NCBI GenBank assembly: GCA_964384995.1
Contig: CAYLMJ010000008.1
Span: 1,158-65,157, forward strand
Direction: 5' to 3'
Origin: an uncultured archaeon
GTDB taxonomy: Archaea > Thermoplasmatota > Poseidoniia > MGIII > CAYLMJ01
DNA: 64,000 bases
A program made the translations under genes and the position numbers. Numbering within the stretch: position 1 is the stretch's first letter; the number at the start of each line of letters is the position of its first letter. Positions 55,547 to 64,000 of this stretch are shown piece after piece. Under the pieces are notes generated by a model. It was not told the origin of the DNA and ran no database searches. It was given only the letters and a program-made list of their open reading frames with translations.

Positions 55547-56314
55547 ATGGATCTGATAGTTCTGATGAAACAGGTGCCCGATGTGGTGGAGGAGCTGGTA
55601 ATCGATGATGATGGCAAGGCTCTCGACACCGACGAGGTAATGTACATCCCCAACGAGCTGGACGAGCACGCCCTGGAGCAGGCCCTGCTGCTAAAGGAGC
55701 AGCATGGCGGCAAGATCACTGTGATATCCGTGGGCGGCGACGAGGCCAAGGATGCCCTGGCTTCCGCCGTGGCCAAGGGTGCCGATGAGGCGGTCTACGT
55801 CGAGGCCGAGATGGAGGGCCAGTGCGACAACCACAAGCTGGCCTCCCACCTCGATGGGATCATCAAGGGCCGCACTTTCGACATGCTCCTCACCGGTGTC
55901 CAGGCCGTGGACGATATCGACGGCAGTGTGGGCAGCCTCCTGGCCACCCATATGGACCTGCCCTACGTGGGAGGGCTGGCCAAGGTCAGCGCCGACCCCG
56001 GCCGGCGCGTCACAACCGTCGAGAAGGAGTTTCCCGGCGGCCTGCTGGGCGAGATGGAAGTGACCTTCCCCGCCATCCTGGGCGTCCAGTCGGCCGAGCA
56101 GCCTCCCCGCTACGTCCCGGTCAGCAAGGTCATGCAGACCAAGAAGACCCTGGAGGTCGAGGAGCTTGGTGACGAGCTTCCCGAGGTCTCGGGCCTGGCC
56201 ATCCAGGAGATGGTCCTGCCAGAACCCGCCGAGCGCGCCGAGATGCTTGAGGGCGACGGGGAAGATGTGGCTGCGAGGATCGTCGAGCTCTTGCAGGAGC
56301 GTGGTTTGTTATGA
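55547..56314 (+). CDS. etfB: Electron transfer flavoprotein beta-subunit-like (divergent)
   Basis: Start at MDLIVLMKQVPD with GAGGTGA upstream. Motif: NELDEHALEQALLLKE. Confidence 0.75.
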   Translation: MDLIVLMKQVPDVVEELVIDDDGKALDTDEVMYIPNELDEHALEQALLLKEQHGGKITVISVGGDEAKDALASAVAKGADEAVYVEAEMEGQCDNHKLASHLDGIIKGRTFDMLLTGVQAVDDIDGSVGSLLATHMDLPYVGGLAKVSADPGRRVTTVEKEFPGGLLGEMEVTFPAILGVQSAEQPPRYVPVSKVMQTKKTLEVEELGDELPEVSGLAIQEMVLPEPAERAEMLEGDGEDVAARIVELLQERGLL

Positions 56315-57288
56315 GCCAGTCCGATATTGTTGTTATCGCCGAGCACCGGCAGGGCCAGATAGCCGAGATAACCTACGAGCTGGTGGCCTGCGGTCGCAAG
56401 CTGGCCTCCGACCTTTCGGGGACCTTGACCTGCCTGCTGCTCACCAGTGCGCCTGACACCTTCAAGGGTTGCAACCTCAACGTTGATCGGCTTGAGGTGA
56501 TCGAGGATGCCAGCCTGGGCGAGTTCAACCCGGAGGCCTATCACAAGGTCCTCGCCCCCATGCTGAAGGGGCTGGCCCCAGGCCTGGTCATCCTGGGCAA
56601 CACCGGCTCAGGCATGGACCTGGCCTCTTCCCTTTCCCTGGCCTGCGACGCCACCCTCATCGCCAACTGCACCGAGATCACCGCGGCGGGAGGCGCTCTC
56701 TCCGCCACCAGCCAGCTCTACGGCGGCAAGGTCATGGCCACCAGCCAGTTCTCCTCCCCCATGGGCATCGCCCTGCTGATGCCGGGCAACTACGCCCAGG
56801 AGGAGGGCCAGGCGGCTCCCGGAGCGGTCAATGTCCAGGCACCCCCTGAGCCCCTGGGAACCCTGCGAACAACCTTCAAGCGTTTCATCGAACCCGAGGT
56901 CACCGATGTGGACATCACCAAGGTCCCGGTGCTCATCGCCGCCGGTCGAGGCGTCGATGGTGAGGACAACCTGGAGGACATCGAAGAACTGGCCGAGGCA
57001 CTTGGCGGGGCCACCTGCGCCTCCCGGCCTGTGGTGGACCAGGGCTGGATGGACCGCGCTCGCCAGGTGGGTCGTTCCGGCATGATCGTCAAGCCCAGGT
57101 TCTACCTGGCCCTTGGCCTCTCCGGAGCCCCCGAGCACGTGGAGGGCATGAAGGACTCCGAGCTCATCATCGCCATCAACACCGACGAGACCGCCCCCAT
57201 CTTCGACGTGGCCCACTTCGGCTCAACCGAGGACCTGTTTGACGTGGTCGAGCCCCTGGCCGAGAAGATCGAGGAGCTGCGAGGTTAA
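56311..57288 (+). CDS. etfA: Electron transfer flavoprotein alpha-subunit-like (divergent FAD motif)
   Basis: ATGA overlap with the upstream gene. Motifs: ASRPVVDQGW, QVGRSGMIVKPRFYLALGLSGAPEHVEGM, and IIAINTDETAPIF. Confidence 0.75.
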   Translation: MSQSDIVVIAEHRQGQIAEITYELVACGRKLASDLSGTLTCLLLTSAPDTFKGCNLNVDRLEVIEDASLGEFNPEAYHKVLAPMLKGLAPGLVILGNTGSGMDLASSLSLACDATLIANCTEITAAGGALSATSQLYGGKVMATSQFSSPMGIALLMPGNYAQEEGQAAPGAVNVQAPPEPLGTLRTTFKRFIEPEVTDVDITKVPVLIAAGRGVDGEDNLEDIEELAEALGGATCASRPVVDQGWMDRARQVGRSGMIVKPRFYLALGLSGAPEHVEGMKDSELIIAINTDETAPIFDVAHFGSTEDLFDVVEPLAEKIEELRG

Positions 57289-57291
57289 TTG

Positions 57292-59370
57292 ATGTCCGCT
57301 CAGGAGGGCCCGGACATCGGTCGTGAGGCCTTCGACCATTTCCCCCACTGGATGCACCTGAGCTTCTACGCCATCTCGGCCCTGGCGGTGGTCATTTTCC
57401 TCTTCGGGATATGGCTTCACGCCCGGCGCTACTGGGCGGCCCGGCGCAACATCGGCCGGTTCGATCTTCGCAGCATGCCCCTGAAGCTCTGGGTGGCGTT
57501 CCAGAAGTTGACCCTGCAGCGCTCACGGCTCTGGCGCAACGACCGCTTTGCCGGCATCGCCCACGACCTGGTGCTTTGGGGCTTTGTGGTCCTCGTCATC
57601 GGCACCGTCATAATGACCCTGGAGGAGGATGTGGCCGAGCTGTTCTTCGGGGTCCACTTCCTCAAGGGCACCTTGTACCTTGTCTACTCGTTCGTGCTGG
57701 ACGTCTTCGGCATAGTCTTCATCGTCGGCATGATGATGATGTTCTACCGCCGCTCGGGCGACCGCACCCCCAGGCTCGATTACAGCGACGAGGACAGCAC
57801 CGATGGGTCCGAGGGCAGGGGTGCCTCCCTGGGCACCTTCCTGATGGACGACAAGCTCTTCCTGTTCCTGCTGGTTATCGCGGGTTTCACCGGCTACTTC
57901 GCCGAGGGCATCCGCATCTACCGTGATGATACTCCCTTCGCCGACGAGTGGTCCCCCATCGGTGTGGGTCTGGCGGCCCTCGTGGGTGTGGCGAACCTGA
58001 GCGCAGATACGGCTACCGACATCCACCAGGTGTTGTGGTGGATCCACGCCATCGGCGCCCTGGCCTTCGTGGCCTACATCCCCCACTCCAAGGCCATGCA
58101 CATGCTGTCCGGATTCGGCAGCCTCGTGTTCCACGATGAGCAGGCCGGCAAGCGCCTGGAAGCCCCGATCAACGAGGAGCCCTCCGGCTTCACCCAGCTG
58201 TCAGACTTCTCCTGGGTCCAGCTGATGCAGATGGACGCCTGCGTCCGATGTGGGCGCTGTCACGAGAGCTGTCCCGCCCAGGCCAGCGGCCTGCCCCTGT
58301 CGCCCCGGGGTCTCGTCCTCAACTTCAAGGCCCACAGTCAGGGCCTCAACGGCAATGGCGGCGAAACCCAGCCCCTGGTTGGGGACTCCATCGGGCAGAC
58401 CACCCTCTGGTCCTGCACCACCTGCATGGCCTGCATGGACGCCTGCCCCTTGCACATCGAGCATCTGCCCCTCATCGTCGAGGGCCGTCGCTACCTGGTG
58501 AACCAGGGGATGCTCGACGGTGGCGTGCAGACCGCCCTGGAGGCCCTGGGACGCTACGGCAACTCGTTCAAGCGTCCGGCCAAGGGTCGTGCCAAGTGGT
58601 CCAAGAAGGCCGAACCGGCCGTCAAGGACGCTCGCAAGGAGCCGGTGGAATACCTGTGGTACCTGGGTGACTACGCCACCTACGACAAGCGGTGCCAGGA
58701 TGTGACCAAGGTCACCGCCGGTGTCATGGTCAAACTGGGTATCGACTTTGGCACCCTGAAGGAGGGCGAGAAGAACTCCGGCAACGATGCTCGACGCATC
58801 GGCGAGGAAGGGCTCTTCGACATGCTCCAGGAGCAGAACCTGGAAGCCCTCCAGGCGGCCGAGTACACCCATCTGGTGACCACCGATCCCCATACCTATC
58901 ATACCTTCAAACATGAGTATCCGACCCTCAACAAGGGCCGGATCCTTCATTCCAGTGAGCTACTGGCCGAACTCCTCCAAAACGGTCAACTAAAGTTCAC
59001 TAACCAACTCAAAGGCAAAGTGACCTTCCATGACCCCTGTTATCTGGGGCGCTACAACTCGGTGTACGACGCACCCAGAGATGTGCTGAAGGCCACCGGC
59101 CTCGATCTGATCGAGATGGAACGCTGTCGCTCCAACAGCTACTGTTGCGGGGCCGGCGGTGGCCGCATATGGATGGAGGAGTTGGAGGGCGAGACCGAGC
59201 GTCCCGCCGAAAGCAGGGTCAAGGAGGCCGCCAGTCTTGGAGACGTGGACACGTTGGTCGTGGCCTGTCCCAAGGACTATGTGATGTTCCAGGACGCGGT
59301 GAAGACCGCTGGCCTGGAGGATTCCCTCCAGATCAAAGACCTGTTCGAACTAGTGGAGGAGGCGTTATGA
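57292..59370 (+). CDS. Membrane-anchored Fe-S oxidoreductase (DsrM/NarI-like TM + DsrK/HdrD-like), paralog of 49895-52048
   Basis: TM helices with WWIHAIGALAFVAYIPHSKAMH. Motifs: CVRCGRCHESCP, CTTCMACMDACP, HDPCYLGRYN, and CCGAGGG. Confidence 0.8.
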   Translation: MSAQEGPDIGREAFDHFPHWMHLSFYAISALAVVIFLFGIWLHARRYWAARRNIGRFDLRSMPLKLWVAFQKLTLQRSRLWRNDRFAGIAHDLVLWGFVVLVIGTVIMTLEEDVAELFFGVHFLKGTLYLVYSFVLDVFGIVFIVGMMMMFYRRSGDRTPRLDYSDEDSTDGSEGRGASLGTFLMDDKLFLFLLVIAGFTGYFAEGIRIYRDDTPFADEWSPIGVGLAALVGVANLSADTATDIHQVLWWIHAIGALAFVAYIPHSKAMHMLSGFGSLVFHDEQAGKRLEAPINEEPSGFTQLSDFSWVQLMQMDACVRCGRCHESCPAQASGLPLSPRGLVLNFKAHSQGLNGNGGETQPLVGDSIGQTTLWSCTTCMACMDACPLHIEHLPLIVEGRRYLVNQGMLDGGVQTALEALGRYGNSFKRPAKGRAKWSKKAEPAVKDARKEPVEYLWYLGDYATYDKRCQDVTKVTAGVMVKLGIDFGTLKEGEKNSGNDARRIGEEGLFDMLQEQNLEALQAAEYTHLVTTDPHTYHTFKHEYPTLNKGRILHSSELLAELLQNGQLKFTNQLKGKVTFHDPCYLGRYNSVYDAPRDVLKATGLDLIEMERCRSNSYCCGAGGGRIWMEELEGETERPAESRVKEAASLGDVDTLVVACPKDYVMFQDAVKTAGLEDSLQIKDLFELVEEAL

Positions 59371-61346
59371 CAGACGAACTGAAAATAGGTGTCTATGTCT
59401 GTGACTGTGGCACGAACATCGCTGGCGTCGTTGACGTTCCAGCGGTAGTAGAGCATGCAAAAGGGCTCGCGGGAGTGGCTGTGGCCAGGGAGTACAAGTA
59501 CATGTGCTCCAGCCCGGGACAGGACCTGATCAAGGATGACATCCGGGATCTGGGGATCAACCGCGTGGTTGTCGCCTCCTGTTCACCCCACCTCCATGAG
59601 ACCACTTTCCGAAATGCCGTGGAAGAGGCTGGAGGCAATGCCTTCATCATGCACATGGTGAACATCCGCGAGCAGGTCTCGTGGGTCACAACCGACCATG
59701 CCGAGGCCACCGAGAAGGCCAAGTCCCTGGTCAGTGCAGGAGTGGCCCGGGTGGGTCACCATGAGGCCCTGGACCGTCGGCAGGTCTCGGTGCGGGACGA
59801 GATCCTCGTCCTCGGCGGGGGTATCGCCGGCATCCAGGCCGCGCTGACAGCGGCCGAGGCCGGTCGTCAGGTCTACCTGGTGGAGAAGGAACCCACCATC
59901 GGCGGCCACATGGCCAAGTTCGACAAGACCTTCCCCACCCTGGACTGTTCGGCCTGTATCCTGACCCCCAAGATGACCACCGTGGGCAGCCATCCCAACA
60001 TCAACATGCTGACCTACTCCGAGGTCACCGAGGTCGAGGGTTACACTGGCAACTACAATGTCACCATCAAGCGCAAGCCCCGCTACATCAAGGAGGACGC
60101 CTGTATCGGCTGCTTCCAGTGTGTAGAGGACTGCGTCTTCAAGGAAGCCAAGGTCCCCAGCGAGTTCGACGAGGGCCTGGGCAAGCGCAAGCCGGTCTAC
60201 ATATCCTTCCCCCAGGCTGTGCCCCAGATCGTCACCATCGATCCCGCCACATGTCTGCAGCTCAAGGTCGGCAAGTGCAAGCAGACCTGCGTGGACGCCT
60301 GTGGCGAGCGCAACGCCATTGACTTCGACATGCAGGAGGAGCTCATGGAGGTGGAGGTGGGAGCCATCATCGTCACCACCGGCTTCAAGACCTTCGACGC
60401 GGCCCAGACCACCAATTACGGCTACGGCAAGTATCCCGAGGTCTACACCGGCCTGGAGATCGAGCGCGTCCTGTCCTCAAGCGGACCCACCGGCGGCGAG
60501 CTGGTCATGAAGAACGGGGAGGCCCCCGAGACCGTGGCCATCATCCACTGTGTCGGCTCCCGGGACGAGAATTACAACATCTACTGCTCCAAGGTCTGCT
60601 GCATGTACTCGCTGAAGTACGCACACCTGGTCAAGGAGCGCACCGGTGCCGAGGTCCACGAGTTCTACATCGACATGCGGACCCCCGGCAAGGGCTACGA
60701 GGAGTTCTACCTCCGTCTGATGGAGGAGGGCACCAACATGGTCCGGGGCAAGATCGCCCATATCACCGACATCGCCCAGACCGACGAGGAGGAGGGCAAG
60801 CTGGTGGTCGTGGGTGAGGACACCCTGCTGGGCGTGGTTCGCCGAACCCCGGTGGACATGGTCATCCTGAGCACCGGCCTGGAGGCCTCACCCGAGAAGG
60901 AGGATGTCCGTCGGATGCTCAACATGTCCTGCTCCTCTGAGGGCTTCTTCATGGAGAAGCACCCCAAGCTGGCTCCGGTCAACACCGTCAACGACGGCAT
61001 CTACATCGCCGGCGCCTGCCAGGGTCCCAAGGACATCCCCGAGACCGTGGCCCAGGCCGAGGCCGCGGCCGCAGAGGCCATCGCCCTGACCTCCAAGGGT
61101 TTCATCACCCTAGAGCCCAACCTGGCCTCGGTGAACGAGGACCTTTGTTCCGGTTGCCACGTATGTATCTCGCTCTGTCCCTACACGGCCATCGAGTACG
61201 ACGAGGAGAAGAAGGTCTCGGTGATCAACGACGTGCTCTGCAAGGGTTGCGGCGTCTGCGTGGCGGCCTGTCCCAGTGGAGCCATCAGCCAGAAGCTGTT
61301 CGAGTATGACCAGATCATGGATGAACTGAAGGCGGTGCTAGCATGA
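59367..61346 (+). CDS. hdrA: Heterodisulfide reductase subunit A-like flavoprotein
   Basis: Start at MTDELKIGVYVCDCGTNIAG, an ATGA overlap with the upstream gene. Motifs: ILVLGGGIAGIQAAL, FPTLDCSACILTPKM, and multiple ferredoxin CxxCxxCxxxCP motifs. Confidence 0.9.
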   Translation: MTDELKIGVYVCDCGTNIAGVVDVPAVVEHAKGLAGVAVAREYKYMCSSPGQDLIKDDIRDLGINRVVVASCSPHLHETTFRNAVEEAGGNAFIMHMVNIREQVSWVTTDHAEATEKAKSLVSAGVARVGHHEALDRRQVSVRDEILVLGGGIAGIQAALTAAEAGRQVYLVEKEPTIGGHMAKFDKTFPTLDCSACILTPKMTTVGSHPNINMLTYSEVTEVEGYTGNYNVTIKRKPRYIKEDACIGCFQCVEDCVFKEAKVPSEFDEGLGKRKPVYISFPQAVPQIVTIDPATCLQLKVGKCKQTCVDACGERNAIDFDMQEELMEVEVGAIIVTTGFKTFDAAQTTNYGYGKYPEVYTGLEIERVLSSSGPTGGELVMKNGEAPETVAIIHCVGSRDENYNIYCSKVCCMYSLKYAHLVKERTGAEVHEFYIDMRTPGKGYEEFYLRLMEEGTNMVRGKIAHITDIAQTDEEEGKLVVVGEDTLLGVVRRTPVDMVILSTGLEASPEKEDVRRMLNMSCSSEGFFMEKHPKLAPVNTVNDGIYIAGACQGPKDIPETVAQAEAAAAEAIALTSKGFITLEPNLASVNEDLCSGCHVCISLCPYTAIEYDEEKKVSVINDVLCKGCGVCVAACPSGAISQKLFEYDQIMDELKAVLA

Positions 61347-61765
61347 GTCCCGACAACTTCGAACCCAACATCGTGGCCTTCGTGTGCAACTGGTGCACCT
61401 ACATCGCCGCCGATACCGCCGGGGTCTCCCGGGCCAAGTACGCTCCCAACGTGAAGCTGATCCGAACCATGTGCTCGGGTCGGGTCGATCCCCAATTCGT
61501 TCTGACCGCCCTGCAGAAAGGGGCCGACGGCGTCCTGGTCTGCGGCTGCCATCCCGGCGACTGCCACTACAAGGAGGGCAACTACAAGGCCCTCCGGCGC
61601 CACACCCTGCTGAAGAAGATGCTGGGACAGCTCGGTGTCGAGGACCAGAGGGTGCGACTGGAATGGATATCGGCTTCCGAGCCGGAGAAGTTCAAGGAAG
61701 TGGCCAATGAGATCACCGAGCAGATCAGACAGCTTGGCCCATTCCAGAACAACGGAGGTGAATAG
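61343..61765 (+). CDS. mvhD: Methyl-viologen-reducing hydrogenase delta subunit (MvhD/FlpD)
   Basis: Motifs: IVAFVCNWCTY, MCSGRVDP, and VLVCGCHPGDCHY. ATGA overlap with hdrA. Confidence 0.9.
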   Translation: MSPDNFEPNIVAFVCNWCTYIAADTAGVSRAKYAPNVKLIRTMCSGRVDPQFVLTALQKGADGVLVCGCHPGDCHYKEGNYKALRRHTLLKKMLGQLGVEDQRVRLEWISASEPEKFKEVANEITEQIRQLGPFQNNGGE

Positions 61766-62770
61766 ATGGCTGAGAAATTGAAAGTGGCACTTCACTGGCT
61801 GGCCTCCTGCGGCGGCTGTGAAGTGGCCGTGGTCGATGTGGACGAGAAGATCCTGGATGTCGTGGCTCTCATGGACATCCTGTTCTGGCCCGTGGCCCTG
61901 GACGGCAAGTACTCCGACATCAAGGCCATGGAGGACAACTTCCTGGACATCGCCATCATCAACGGCGGGGTCCGTACCACGGAACAGGAGGAGCACGCCA
62001 AGCTCTTCCGTGACAAGGCCAAGGTGGTCGTGTCCTTCGGCTCCTGCGCCTGCACCGGCGGAGTTCCGGGGCTGGCCAACTGCACCACCAAGGAGGCCAT
62101 CCTCCAGACCGCCTACCACGACACCGTGTCCACCTCCAACGAGGCCGGGACCCGCCCGCAACCCAAGTGGGATGATGAGGTCACCGGTGAGACCATGACC
62201 CTCCCGACCCTGTACGAGGAGGTCAAACCGTTGGACCAGGTCATCGATGTGGATTACTACCTGCCGGGATGCCCCCCCTCGGAAGCCCGTATCCTGGACC
62301 TGGTCGGCGTGGCCGCCAATTTCGCCGAGACCGGTGAACTGCCCCCCAAGGGCGCCATCATCGCCGCCGAGAAGTCGGTGTGCGACGAGTGTGAGCGCGA
62401 GAAGGGCGAGAAGAACATCACAGAGATCAAACGGCCTCACAGTTTCGACGCCGACCGCGAGCAGTGCCTGCTGGAACAGGGCATCATCTGCCTGGGCCCT
62501 GCCACCCGGGGCGGATGCGGCGCCCCCTGCATGGACGCCAACATGCCCTGCCGGGGCTGTCAAGGCAAACCCGAGCAGGTCGATGATCAGGGACTCAAGA
62601 TGCTCTCGGCCCTGGCTTCCATCATGGGCGTGGAGAACGAGGAGGAGAGATCCTTTGAGGAGGTCGAAGAGATGATCGACCAGGTGGTCGATCCACTGGG
62701 AACCTTCTATCGCTTCAATCTCCCGGTGGCGATAATCAACAAGACCCAAGCTAAGACGGAGGTGAAATGA
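61766..62770 (+). CDS. mvhG: [NiFe] hydrogenase small subunit (MvhG-like)
   Basis: Motifs: LASCGGCEVAVVD and SFGSCACTGGVPG, with C-terminal Cys clusters. GGAGGTGA upstream. Confidence 0.85.
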   Translation: MAEKLKVALHWLASCGGCEVAVVDVDEKILDVVALMDILFWPVALDGKYSDIKAMEDNFLDIAIINGGVRTTEQEEHAKLFRDKAKVVVSFGSCACTGGVPGLANCTTKEAILQTAYHDTVSTSNEAGTRPQPKWDDEVTGETMTLPTLYEEVKPLDQVIDVDYYLPGCPPSEARILDLVGVAANFAETGELPPKGAIIAAEKSVCDECEREKGEKNITEIKRPHSFDADREQCLLEQGIICLGPATRGGCGAPCMDANMPCRGCQGKPEQVDDQGLKMLSALASIMGVENEEERSFEEVEEMIDQVVDPLGTFYRFNLPVAIINKTQAKTEVK

Positions 62771-64000
62771 TGACCGAGGACCTAGAGAAGCAGGCCCGCG
62801 AGACCAAGCGGGTCACCATCGACCCCATCACCCGACTCGAGGGTCACGGCAAGATCGAGATATTCCTCAATGACGCAGGCAACGTGGCCAACGCCTACCT
62901 GCAGGTTCCTGAACTGCGCGGTTTCGAGCGTTTCTGCGTGGGCCGTCCCGGCGAGGAGATGCCCCGCATCACCCCCCGCATCTGCGGGGTCTGCCCCATC
63001 GCCCACCACTTCGCCTCCACCAAGGCCCTGGACGCCTGTTACAGCACCCCGCCCACCTCGGCCGCCGCCAAGTTGCGGGAGCTCATGTACGCAGGCGCCT
63101 ACCTCTACGACCACACCCTGCACTTCTACTTCCTGGGGGGTCCCGACTTCGTTGTCGGTCCCACGGCACCCAAGCTGGAGCGCAACATCCTGGGAGTGAT
63201 CGGCAAGGTGGGCCTGGACATCGCCGGCGAGGTCATCAAGCATCGCTCCTACGGTCAGAACATCCAGACCATCCTGGGAGGCAAGGCGACCCATCCGGTC
63301 AACGGCATCCCGGGCGGGGTGTCGAAGGGGTTGAACGATGAGGAGGTGGCCCAGATCAAGGAGTGGGCCGATTCCTCCGTGAAGTTCGCCCAGTTCACCC
63401 TGCAGGTATTCAACGATGTGGTCCTGAAGAACAAGGATTACGTGGATGTCATCCTGTCCAAGGCCTACAACTTCCCCACCTACTACATGGGGATGGTGGA
63501 CGAGAACAACAAGGTAAACTTCTACGACGGCAAGATCCGCGTGGTCGACCCCGAAGGCAAGGAGTTCGCCAAGTTCGAGGCGAAAGATTACCTGGACCAC
63601 ATCGCCGAGGCCGTGGAGCCCTGGACCTATGTGAAGATCCCCTACCTGAAGCAGGTGGGCTACAAGGGCCACGTCACCGGCATGGATTCGGGCATCTACC
63701 GGGTCGCCCCGCTGGCACGGCTGAACGCCTCGGACGGCATGGCCACACCCCTGGCCCAGGAGGCTCACGATCAGATGTACGAGGTGCTGGGAGGCAAGCC
63801 GGTCCACGCGACCCTGGCCACCCATTGGGCCCGCCTGGTGGAGTTGCTGTACGCAACCGAGCGGTTGCAGGAGCTGATCAACGACCCCCAGATAACCTCG
63901 GATGACCTGCGCGCACCCCTGGGCAAACCGGGGGAGGGTGTGGGCGTCATCGAGGCGGCCCGGGGTACCCTGTGGCACCACTACAAGCTCGATGACAACG
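62767..64000 (+). CDS. mvhA: [NiFe] hydrogenase large subunit (MvhA-like), N-terminal about 411 aa; continues past the window
   Basis: Not in the ORF track because there is no stop in the window. Own translation: MMTEDLEKQARETKRVTIDPITRLEGHGKIEIFL...RITPRICGVCPIAHH (N-terminal Ni-binding RxCGxC motif). ATGA overlap with mvhG. Confidence 0.85.
   Translation, partial: MMTEDLEKQARETKRVTIDPITRLEGHGKIEIFLNDAGNVANAYLQVPELRGFERFCVGRPGEEMPRITPRICGVCPIAHHFASTKALDACYSTPPTSAAAKLRELMYAGAYLYDHTLHFYFLGGPDFVVGPTAPKLERNILGVIGKVGLDIAGEVIKHRSYGQNIQTILGGKATHPVNGIPGGVSKGLNDEEVAQIKEWADSSVKFAQFTLQVFNDVVLKNKDYVDVILSKAYNFPTYYMGMVDENNKVNFYDGKIRVVDPEGKEFAKFEAKDYLDHIAEAVEPWTYVKIPYLKQVGYKGHVTGMDSGIYRVAPLARLNASDGMATPLAQEAHDQMYEVLGGKPVHATLATHWARLVELLYATERLQELINDPQITSDDLRAPLGKPGEGVGVIEAARGTLWHHYKLDDN

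Noticed and set aside
61181-63981. 522-aa and 399-aa minus-strand ORFs (61181-62749 and 62782-63981)
   Set aside because: They are antisense to mvhD, mvhG and mvhA, which carry clear hydrogenase motifs on the plus strand.

Overview
GC-rich, gene-dense window with about 60 protein genes, many joined by ATGA start/stop overlaps. It is most consistent with an archaeal chromosome. The evidence is an archaeal-type SRP (7S) RNA with helix-6 GGAG and helix-8 GGAA tetraloops, a PAC2/PbaA-like chaperone ending in an HbYX tail (LYG), a family-B DNA polymerase, and TATA-like boxes 25-35 nt upstream of several start codons. The phylum cannot be determined from sequence alone. Gene content in order: thioredoxin-fold protein; a four-gene split-MgtE plus PhoU/TrkA-C operon; CDF transporter; RNase R-like exoribonuclease; sugar-nucleotide genes (UDP-glucuronate decarboxylase, GalU); MFS transporter; secreted/anchored acidic proteins; metal and metalloid resistance (CopA, CopZ, ArsR-ArsM); HutI; SerS; two TlpA-like thioredoxins plus a FetAB-like ABC exporter; a large beta-propeller protein; an unannotated SRP RNA; a three-domain pseudo-nicotinamidase/kinase/phosphatase fusion; an RRM protein; aminotransferases; the hypA-F-C-D-E [NiFe] maturation cluster; a P-loop-less RadB-like protein plus a PolB with ablated catalytic motifs plus an MraZ-like protein; and two Etf modules. 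The second Etf module is fused in one tight operon to HdrD-like and membrane DsrMK-like Fe-S proteins and to HdrA-MvhD-MvhG-MvhA. The best candidates for something new are three. (1) The Etf/Fe-S/HdrA/Mvh eight-gene operon. (2) The RadB-like/inactivated-PolB/MraZ-like module, whose polymerase N-terminus lies between an in-frame TGA and the first ATG. (3) The three-domain fusion protein. No CRISPR array, rRNA, tRNA or clear mobile element was seen. All family calls rest on motif recognition by eye and no database search was run.
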